This document shows, piece after piece, positions 46,849 to 57,131 of a DNA stretch of 57,131 nt. The notes under the pieces were generated by a model. The model was not told where the DNA came from, ran no database searches, and worked only from the letters and a program-made list of their open reading frames with translations. The stretch's first letter is position 1. Every line of letters starts with the position of its first letter. This DNA is from Octopus bimaculoides (taxonomy: Eukaryota), in the NCBI RefSeq assembly GCF_001194135.2, contig NC_068992.1:209184-266314 (forward strand), read 5' to 3'. Both the position numbers and the translations under genes were made by a program.

Positions 46849-48694
46849 TTAAAATTCAATGCGTAACAATAAACGTCTATAAGCTGTGAACTCTAAACAA
46901 TTATTAATTAACAATTAACGCCCATAGAAATATTATTTCTTAGTAAACACCATACAGTGAACAGCAAGCTGCAGTGATTTATCACCTGTTTGTGTTACTT
47001 GTGAACAAATAATATATAAATAATAAGTAACCAGAGCTTATAAATATCAGATTTGATGGCTGAAATTGTTGTAGCAGATGGTTGTTTGCGTGTGAAGAGC
47101 AGGCATATATTAATCAGACATTCAATCTACTGTGCACTAGATAGCATGTCTAAAAATAGCGCTGCTACTGAAAATAGTGGGAGATTCACAGAGTCAACGT
47201 GGAAACTTCCTGAAACAAGATTTCCTTCATCAAACTACAACAAGATTATATTTTGTTGGCATAGTTCTCTTTCTCTCTGTGTGTATGCATTAATAATGTG
47301 TAATTTGTGATGTGGATGTGCACATTTATGTTTAACTGATTGCGCGCTCATGACTATGCATTTAAAGGAAGTATGCACACATGTATACGTGTGCGTACAC
47401 AGACACATACACGCACACGTGTGTATTATTATTATTATTATTATTATTAAAGGCCAAGTTATGTGGCCCTTTTTGTTTGCCAGTTTTCTTTTTCTCGAGC
47501 AAAAGAAATGTGGGCGGAGAAAACAATGGATGTGCTGAGAGAGGTAAAAGAGAAACAAAAATATTATAAAGAAAGGTGGATTAGATAGTTAAATAGATAG
47601 GTGATAGATTGACAGAGAATGAAGGAGTGGGAAGAGAGTGAAAGCATTCAGTGAGCAAACAGTAAAATATAGGGAGTGACGGAAAAGCGAGAGAGGAAAG
47701 ACAGGAGAAATGAAAAAGAGGAAAATAAGCTCTTCAAAAGAGAGAAAGGGGTTAGATAGGCAACGTGATAAAATAACAGAGACGTGGAAAGTGGTCAATA
47801 ATAGAGAGAATGACAAGAATTGAAAGGGAGAAAAATTTCGTGCATGTTGTTGAAGTGTGGAATGGAAACATTAGGAAATGTGGAGAGGAAGTGGAGTTAA
47901 TTTTTGATTAATGAGAGAAAAGGTCTTAGGCTCGGAAACAGGGGTTGCACTGGTTGCAAGCGCACCCACTAAAATTTTGTTATGAGCAATGAAAACGCTT
48001 TGAACATTCTCTTAAAAACTTCATCGCCAAAACGAACGAGCGTAGAAACATTTTTGAACTGAATTGAAACATTAGTTTTCCATTATTGGATTTATCGGAT
48101 TTGATTGATGTACAAATATGACAATTATTATTATTATACCTGTGTATATATTTTAGACCTGGGTTTGCACCCCCGAAGCAGATTTCGTCCCTGCACTTAT
48201 GGGAAAAGGGGATGAACAACACATGCATATAAAGAAGGAAGAGAGAGAAATTAGTTAAGAGAGCACGAGAAGAAATGATGATGTAAGTCTGTGAGGATAA
48301 TGGAATGGAACTAAAAGCATAAAAGGAAGTGAAGAGACGACCTTTCAGATAAATAACAGGTAATTTCAAAGCAAATAGATTACAAAAGTTCTTAGTCACA
48401 AAGGAATTGCTCCATATTATACTGCAGAAAGATGAAGATTATCTCAAAAATTGTCTATGCTATTTGTGAACTGAAGAGAAAAGGGCAGCAAAACAGCGAC
48501 AAAAGAGAGAGAAACAAAAAAGCAAAATTACTCGAAAAAAAATTGAAGCAAGGCTTGAGTTAAGACGAATGAAAATAAATGAAAGCCAAAAAGAAACGCA
48601 AAAGAAAACAAATCAGGGGTTGAAACAGAAAAAGTAAAAATTAATGAAAGGAGAAAAATAAGAATCGTCATTTTTTACGAATTACTTATATATA

Positions 48695-48825
48695 GGCGCA
48701 GGCGTAGCCGTGTGATAAGAAGCTTGCTTCCCAACAACATGGTCCTGGGTTCAGTCCCACTGTGGGGCACCTTAGGCAAGTATCTTCTACTGTAGCCTCG
48801 GGCATACCAAAGCCTTGTTAGTGGA
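48695..48825 (+). mobile_element. SINE family D head
   Basis: GCAGGCGTAGCCGTGTGATAAGAAGCTTGCTTCCCAAC...GGGTTCAGTCCC. Confidence 0.85.
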
Positions 48826-48988
48826 TATATATATCAATTAGTTAGTGAACGGACATCTAGAGATATAGTCACAAGCAGGCAGCCACTAAAGACAAAACGA
48901 CCAGAGGGAGAAAGAAGGTTACAATCAGCCAACTATGAGACACAACGTCCCACACTCTACAACTTTCACTAGCTCATTTTCTTTTCTC

Positions 48989-49262
48989 TGTAACATTACC
49001 ATATCTCTGACTATTTACTACTACAAGATCGTCTACACACCTATACAGGCCGAAATTATCTTTCTTTACCTTGCATGCTTTACGAACTGTGTTATACTAT
49101 TACACTAACCTACCCGTCGTGGTATGACATTTATTAAAGTCACGGTAAATAAATATTTCTTTACAACTTCGATCACTGTTCATCGTTAATCTTATAACCG
49201 TTACAATTGGTGACCCGCTACAACAATCAAAAATCTAATCGTTACAATTGGTAACCTCCGAC
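48989..49262 (+). mobile_element. Gypsy-like LTR remnant with tRNA-Trp primer-binding site
   Basis: TGTAAC (48989)...GTTACA (49205), AATAAA inside, then AT-TGGTGACCCG. The eukaryotic tRNA-Trp 3' end predicts a PBS of TGGTGACCCCGAC. The 5' boundary is uncertain. Confidence 0.6.
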
Positions 49263-49278
49263 TCTAACATTTATCGTT

Positions 49279-49320
<42 letters not shown>

Positions 49321-49947
49321 TTTACGTCATAAAATGTAGAAACTTTGAGATAACGTGAAATAATTCATCATTTTTAACTCGAAGTAAATAAAGCTATAAA
49401 TAGTAGTGTATATTGGACTCAAAAATACCTTTGGACAGAAAATGTAAATAGGTACCTGTAGGACGCGAACCCACATCTTCTGTAAACATGCCAGATGTAC
49501 TAACGTTGGCACAAAGCTACCCTTCCAATTTTCTTATACATTGTAGAGACTTTGTCTTTACCAGCGAGAATTGTATGTTATAAAATCGGATGAAATAGAT
49601 GTATAATACTATATTGCATGTGTGTGTGTATCCACACACACACACACGCACATGCATACATACATACATACATACATACATACATACATACATACATACT
49701 TACACACGCATAGGCACGCGCTCGCGAATGTTTATGCGGGGACGTGTGTAATATTCTATGCACGTGCAAAATTACTTTCCATATCAGAATCGATCGTAAC
49801 TTGATTTGAGAAATGTATGGACGGACAGAGAAGTAGACAGGCAGATGGACGCATGCGCTTGGTTGATCAGATCAGAAAAGACAGAGTTGTAGACGAGGGC
49901 GGAGAGAGAAAACGTATTAATACATAGATTGATGGACGGCAATACAT

Positions 49948-49998
<51 letters not shown>

Positions 49999-50024
49999 TA
50001 AGATATTCGTGTATGATGTTTATT

Positions 50025-50140
50025 TGTATGGAAGACCTAGAAAGACGTTGGAATCAGCGGTGAGCGCAAAAGTGATGACGATGAACCTCACGAATGAAAC
50101 GATGCAGGATCACAATAATGGACATTATTGAGATTCTGAG
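50025..50140 (+). mobile_element. RTE-clade LINE extreme 3' fragment
   Basis: GRPRKTLESAV...MNLTNETMQD matches RTE GRPRKTW...V...LNL..E...DR. Confidence 0.55.
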
Positions 50141-52469
50141 ATTGATTTACGAACATGCCTAAACACAAAGACCTGATAAAGTGCTGATTTCGTGTGTGTG
50201 TGTATCTGCGCGCGCGTAGGCTATGTGCGTCTGTGCGCATGAATGTATGCGTATGCGTACATGTGCAGAGAGAAAGGGGACACAGAAAGGAGAGAGAGAT
50301 AATGTGAAATGGAAATGGTGAGATAAAGAGATAGAAAACAAGGGAGGAATGTCTAGAGACCATTGTGGTCAGGGGTAACATTAAGAAAAATATTGTCTTT
50401 GATGTTTTTTTTTAAATATCCCATTCATGAATGGACATAGGCTTTTTTTTCAGTTCAAACCATGGTTCAGGCGTGATTGTGTGATGAAGAACTTCTGATC
50501 TGGGTACGCAGCACACATTCACTAGCGCGCGCATACACACTCACTCACACACACACTCACTCACACACACTCTCAACACACTCACTAACACACGCTCGTG
50601 CACACACATACAGACACACACAAACACACACACACTCACTAACACATACACACACGCTATCTCTCTCTCTCTCTCGTGCACTCACACACACATGAACATA
50701 CTCTCAACACACACGCACACACACACTTGGCCGATTTATTTCAGTGCAAGATAAAATGGTATTTTACGGGCGAAAATCTCTTGGATCGGGTTAGACACTT
50801 CCATGCCATTCTTTCTCTTAGAATTTCAGTGAGCTTCTGATGTCTTATTTTAAATCTGTAACGACTCTATTGTTCCTAAAAGTGCTATATAAAATCAAAA
50901 TTGGACAATCCTTCGGTATTGGTACACGACGTCATTTACTCACACAATCTTCCTCTGTGAAATAGATAAGCTGAGAAGGAAGAAATTGACATCGTCTGAA
51001 GACCAATACCGAAGGATCGCCCAAAATTGAAATAAATATCCTTCTGAAGATGGTTTTGGTTTGACTGCATCTGAAGGTCAGTGTCGCGTGTTTTTGTTGT
51101 TATTGTTGTTGTAGATGATAATGATGATGATGATGACAATGTTATTTAGTGCTCATATCAGCTCTGATTGAAGAGACTAATGATTAAATGTGTTCAGCTA
51201 TGATCATCCTATCTTTTGTTACGTTTATAAGTTCATTACCTTGTGTGTCGTTACTTCTCTTCCGACGGTAGAATGTAATTTAAGAGAGATTTGACTGTTA
51301 TTTTCAGCAAGTCAAGCGACCAAATAGTTAACTCTTTGTTAGCTGGGACGGTTAATGGAATCAACATTGGATCGAATTTCACAAATATTAGCAGAGCGAA
51401 TTATTCAGAAATTTGTTTGTCTTTTTTTTAAAAATAAAATAAGTTTAATTTAAAACAGTAAAGTCGATTAAAAAGACACAAAAGTTCATTTTCTCTTTCA
51501 CCAAAATTAGAAAACAAAACATTGTTTTAATATGGTACCAGTAACAGAGCGGTCGTCTAACAGAAATCAAAGCCAGGTAACTTTGAACCGAACTCTTTTA
51601 AATCCACGGAATTAGACGGTTCTTACTCCGTTGACCATACCAGGAATATTCTATCCCTAAACACGGGATTAAAAATGTATATGAGATATGATAGATGACA
51701 GTTGCTAAAATGTATAATAGGATTTTTCTTTTCAAATATATAACCCCTTATATGGTGTTTCAAGATGTACATATGCATGCTTTTTTGACCAGCAAATAAG
51801 GGAGAATAGAGGGCGATGTTTTAATTAGATATATGGGGGGGGGGTAATGAGTAGATGATAATACGAATGAATGCAAATGAATAAAGTTAGGCTTGTAAGC
51901 TTCAGTTTAGAATTTGATTTGGCGAGTGAAAGCAATAAATTAGTAAGAAAACGAGATCAATATAAAATAATCACAAAGAAAACTAAAAGTACTAACTTTA
52001 AGTATTAAAACATTTAATTATCATCCACTGATGAGTTCCAAGTCACTTAATATAATAATGTGTATTACTTTTGTTGAAATATATATTCTTCAATTGTATA
52101 CCTGAAATATAGTCTTTTGCGACAGAAACAGCTATCTGGTTAAATTAAATAACCAATCTATATTAGCATCAAAACCTGTTCCATTCATTTGATGACATTT
52201 ATTGGACTCCGTCTGATGAATTGATTCTTCTAATGGATTTTATTTACATATTATTCATATGAAAATGGAAAGAATCCCTTAAATAAAGTATGATAGAAAA
52301 AGCCCTGGAAACCTAGGGAATAATACCCCATACGGAAGAAGTATTTTCATCCGGAAAATCATTATGTATGTTTGTGTGTGTGCGTGTGTGTGTGTGTGTA
52401 CGTGCGTGTGTAAAATAGTAAGGGATTACTGCAAACGTTTACCACTTCGTAATAACCTTTATGATTATG

Positions 52470-52545
<76 letters not shown>

Positions 52546-53505
52546 TTGATTGTTAGCATCCCGGGCGAAATGCTTANNNNNNNNNNNNNNNNNNNNNNNN
52601 NNNNNNNNNNNNNNNNNNNNNNNNNNNNNNNNNNNNNNNNNNNNNNNNNNNNNNNNNNNNNNNNNNNNNNNNNNNNNNNNNNNNNNNNNNNNNNNNNNNN
52701 NNNNNNNNNNNNNNNNNNNNNNNNNNNNNNNNNNNNNNNNNNNNNNNNNNNNNNNNNNNNNNNNNNNNNNNNNNNNNNNNNNNNNNNNNNNNNNNNNNNN
52801 NNNNNNNNNNNNNNNNNNNNNNNNNNNNNNNNNNNNNNNNNNNNNNNNNNNNNNNNNNNNNNNNNNNNNNNNNNNNNNNNNNNNNNNNNNNNNNNNNNNN
52901 NNNNNNNNNNNNNNNNNNNNNNNNNNNNNNNNNNNNNNNNNNNNNNNNNNNNNNNNNNNNNNNNNNNNNNNNNNNNNNNNNNNNNNNNNNNNNNNNNNNN
53001 NNNNNNNNNNNNNNNNNNNNNNNNNNNNNNNNNNNNNNNNNNNNNNNNNNNNNNNNNNNNNNNNNNNNNNNNNNNNNNNNNNNNNNNNNNNNNNNNNNNN
53101 NNNNNNNNNNNNNNNNNNNNNNNNNNNNNNNNNNNNNNNNNNNNNNNNNNNNNNNNNNNNNNNNNNNNNNNNNNNNNNNNNNNNNNNNNNNNNNNNNNNN
53201 NNNNNNNNNNNNNNNNNNNNNNNNNNNNNNNNNNNNNNNNNNNNNNNNNNNNNNNNNNNNNNNNNNNNNNNNNNNNNNNNNNNNNNNNNNNNNNNNNNNN
53301 NNNNNNNNNNNNNNNNNNNNNNNNNNNNNNNNNNNNNNNNNNNNNNNNNNNNNNNNNNNNNNNNNNNNNNNNNNNNNNNNNNNNNNNNNNNNNNNNNNNN
53401 NNNNNNNNNNNNNNNNNNNNNNNNNNNNNNNNNNNNNNNNNNNNNNNNNNNNNNNNNNNNNNNNNNNNNNNNNNNNNNNNNNNNNNNNNNNNNNNNNNNN
53501 NNNNN

Positions 53506-53538
<33 letters not shown>

Positions 53539-54274
53539 GCAGTTGTAGTGCTTTATACATTATTTCCTCCAAAATCAGATTTCTGCTGTAACGAAACTGA
53601 TTTAACTTATTGCGGTTTCATTCTTTCGTAGATTTTGTAGGTTTCTGTTCTGGAAAATCGATTATTTCACATCCCTGCATATTATATAAATAGCAAATAA
53701 AAGATGTGAGATTAAATTGATAGACTATTGAACTCGTAGACATGAAACTATTGGGATGGGTGCCTTCCAGTCAAGACAAATAATTCTGGTTGTCACAGGG
53801 CAATTTATACGTCACTGTTGAGATGTGTCAGTAATAAAAAGAGACATCGGCTTGAAATCGACTGCTCCAGTCACAACAACAACAACATCAACAATAAAGG
53901 TCCCATCTAACCAGAGTAAACATGGAAAACGGGTATAAAAACTACTATTTGGTAATTCAATTAATTATTAAGTAATTTGACGAATTCTCTGTTATATAAT
54001 ACATTTAAATCTAATATTTAACATACAGATTTTCGTGTTTTGGCGCAGATTGAGATTTGGGAGCAAAAGTAATTTCTTTGACATATATGCTGTTGTTTAG
54101 CTGGCTTCTCTGTGAGTGATGGCAATCTTTCCAGTGTCTTACTAGAAGTGATTTAATGATTCGTGTAAAAAGATTCCTTAGACAGTTGCAGCCAGACCAG
54201 AGTCTTATTTCTTCATTCTTAGTGATATAGCTATACACTAATCTAGATATACACATGTACATACATATATAGGC

Positions 54275-54305
<31 letters not shown>

Positions 54306-54844
54306 CTTGTAAGATAACCGTCGTTGCCTGGGAAACCGACAATTTATTGGTCAATTTCTTGATAACTGATTTGATAATTTTGTGTAAATATATGGTTTGA
54401 AACACAACATTGAGATTCTTTGTATCAGAGACAGATTGTTCAAAGAAAAAAGAAAAAGAAGAAAGAAAATGTCTCACGTCTAGCAAAAGCTAGGAAAGTA
54501 ATTCACACTGACGATTTCCATGATAAACACCATTTTTATGTTTCCTATCATTTGCATTGACATAAAAGATTGCTCTTGATTCCAACATGTAAACCTCCCA
54601 CATAGAGGTCAGACATACATGCATACGTCCATCCATCTATCTATCCATCCATCTATCTATCAATCCATCTATCTATCTATACATACATACATACATACAT
54701 ACATGCATACATTCATACTTGCTTGGTCTGCCTCTCTAGCTAGAAAAGTGTTTCATTTGAAAGCTACAACAATGCACTGCGACCCGGGGGTTATAACATC
54801 CATATGTGTGTGTGTGTGTGCGCGTGCGTGCGTACATACATACA

Positions 54845-54878
<34 letters not shown>

Positions 54879-55314
54879 AGCATACATACATACGTATATA
54901 TGTGCGTGTGTGTATGTGTGTAAACACACGCACATACTTTATTTGTGGGTTAATAGTGCTACTAATGGTTTCATTTGAAAAACTTCACAATTTTCCAAGC
55001 TTTCCATTTTAGCATGTTGGTAATCATATCTATATTGTATGGGACTCTGTGAGTTTACACGAATTTATACGCGACTTCAAAATTAATGGATACACAGGTA
55101 AGGGGCAGACGATATTTAGTGAATTCTTTAGTTGTCATTTTCCTTTTATTGGCCTTGGTATTTTGCAAGTATTTACGTTCAGACAAAAAATCTCCTACAA
55201 AAATCACTTGAGTTCAGTAAAACGTGTATAGCTGTTACTAATGCCGACATAGTCAGTATAATGAATGCAAGAGAATACCTGTTGGTTAAAAAAAAATGGA
55301 GGTGAACTCTTTGA

Positions 55315-56160
55315 CGTCACCATGGGGAGCAATGGTGGGAGAGAAGAGCGATCTAGGTCATCTCTACATCTAACATATCTTTAAATAAAGGCGCCTGTAT
55401 ACGGTTATACAGAGGCGATATTTTAGGAGTAGGACATAATAATAATGGCCGCGATATGGATAAGATAGAACAAAAATTATGCAATATATTTAACTCAACT
55501 GAAAAAATACAGTTAGAACTCGTCTTACTGAAGTTGTTATTATGAATATTATTACAGACATCTATAAAGCATTCCAGAGACCATACGAAGACACAGCCTA
55601 AATCGACGGAGACTAACCATCCACCATCAATAATCATACAGTTAGTTAATTGTATTAGTAGGCATGTGTCCAGCCTGTCCTCTGAAGAAACAACCTTCAA
55701 AAAGTAGCTCACTATTACAACTCCGCATTAGAAAGATCCAGTTTTAAGAACAATGCAACGTATATCGAGCCAAACGTAAGCTATAAAGACGTAGACGTAG
55801 GAAGGTTTTCTGGTATCATCCCTTATACAGCATAAGCGTGGCTACAAATATAGCTTGACAATTTCTAAAACGTATACTTACCCACTTCTCACACTCGTAT
55901 AAATATCACAAGATTTTTAATAGAACTACGATTAAAGTTAGATACAATTGCCTCGCCAACATAGGTTGGAGGAAATTTCATAACAATAGCTCTTATAATT
56001 GTAGATACCCTAATAATTGTCCTTTGAACAAAGTGCTCCAGGAATAAAAGAACTAGTTTGCTTGACGAGATGGGACCACAAGAATTTACACTGGAATGAC
56101 AGGATGCACCTTCAAGAAGAGATACACAAAGCACTTCGATTCGTTTAGAGACGGGAGTAA
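55315..56160 (+). mobile_element. Degenerate Penelope-like element (RT C-terminus plus GIY-YIG), truncated by mariner
   Basis: ...RPY...NHPPSII...YYNSALERS...KIFNRTTIKVRYNCLAN...CRYPNNCPL...IYTGMTGCTFKKRYTKHFDSF. Confidence 0.8.
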
Positions 56161-56162
56161 AA

Positions 56163-56940
56163 TGTTGGGTCATCCCATAAATAATGTAGCTTTTTATACT
56201 TCTATTTTTCGAAATTATGATAAACAATGTTCTTTTTTAATCTAAAATATACTCTCCTTCATTTTCTACCAAGCTCTTCCATCTATCTGGTAGACTTGCA
56301 AGGTCTTTCTCCCAAAATTCACTTGTCCATGACGAAAAATATTCCTCCAATACTGTTCTGACCTCGTCTACAGAATTCATATTTTTTCCGTCCAAATGAT
56401 TTGAAGACCGCGGAATAAATGATAATCAGATGGAGCAATGTCCGGTGAATATGGTGGGTGGAGCATCGTTTCCCATGCAAACTGCTCCAGCCTTTGGAAT
56501 GTCATCCTCACAGTATGTGACCGAGCATTATCCTGATGGAAGAACACCTTTCGTCTTGAAAACAAAGATGGTCGTTTTTCTTCTAGCGTTGACCTGAATG
56601 ACTGGTTGAATAACAAGATCCAAGCTTTTTCTGCTAGTTCCTAAACAGTTTCGATGGTATTTTGTTCCACCAGAGTTTGCATGGAGTCTTCGTCGAGCTC
56701 TACTGAGCTTCCAGGAAGAGGATTATCTTCTAAGCTGTAGTTTCCGGCTCAGAGTGTCTGGAACCACCGTTGCCACTGGCTTACGCTTAATGTCCGATCC
56801 CCATATACTGCATCAATGTTCCTCGCACGTTCCGTTGTGTTGTTGCTTTATTGAACTTATAAAGCAAAATATGCTGAATATGCTCCTTTGTCACTTCCGT
56901 TATAGCCTTGAAAATATAACTGCTAAAATCGAACTGCACT
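56163..56940 (-). mobile_element. Internally deleted mariner (DD34D)
   Basis: EVTKEHIQHILLY...AVYGDRTLSVSQWQRWF...LEDNP.PG...ELAEKLG, a deletion, then FHQDNARSH...HPPYSPDIAPSDYHLF (34-residue spacing)...RWKSLVENEGEYILD*. TIR TTGGGTCATCCCATAAATAATG at about 56165. Confidence 0.9.
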
Positions 56941-57131
56941 CTTCAGAACTTGCACTAAGATTAACGACAAGGTAAAGGTACTACCTGCTTTTATGCAGGT
57001 AGTATATAACGTCCCCTCCGACTTTTTAGTGTAATATGGTCCGGAAATTTGAAGATAGGACTATGGACAAACTTTTTACACCTTGTTTTGCATTTATGTG
57101 GCTGCTCATGTATATATATATATATATATAT

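Noticed and set aside
47940-48176. hAT MITE with CAGGGGTTGCA / TTTGCACCCCCG ends, and the 139-aa minus ORF 47980-48399
   Set aside because: TIRs are imperfect and the 8-bp flanks do not match. The ORF is low-complexity antisense of AG-rich DNA.
54011-54262. Host exon (83-aa minus ORF with CTA|GTAAGA donor)
   Set aside because: Weak acceptor context beside a microsatellite, no recognisable domain and no partner exons.

Overview
AT-rich eukaryotic genomic DNA with about a dozen N-gaps (largest about 52577-53505), dense in (TA)n, (CA)n, (TAA)n, (TAG)n and (CATA)n microsatellites. The SINE families and microsatellite profile look like an octopus genome, probably an Octopus bimaculoides-type short-read scaffold. 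That assignment is from recognition, not a database search. I found no host protein-coding exon that I can support; almost every ORF in the track is microsatellite or gap translation, or a broken transposon fragment. The window is a mosaic of tRNA-derived SINEs (at least 3 families plus chimeras), mariner (DD34D) relics, a hAT MITE with perfect TIR and TSD, palindromic MITEs, a Helitron fragment, RTE, Tx1/L1 and R4/Dong LINE 3' ends, Penelope-like elements and a Gypsy-like LTR/PBS. Three observations stand out. (1) TAA/TTA microsatellites act as a strand-polarised landing pad shared by R4/Dong-like LINEs, a Tx1-like LINE and a SINE that shares the Tx1 3' tail. (2) Minimal hammerhead ribozyme motifs are present, including a U3-A8 core variant in both arms of a 296-bp palindrome. 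(3) SINEs occur as head-to-tail multimers with a near-invariant junction. All alignments and folds were done by eye, so coordinates of degenerate elements are approximate. Family labels A-E are my own working labels.
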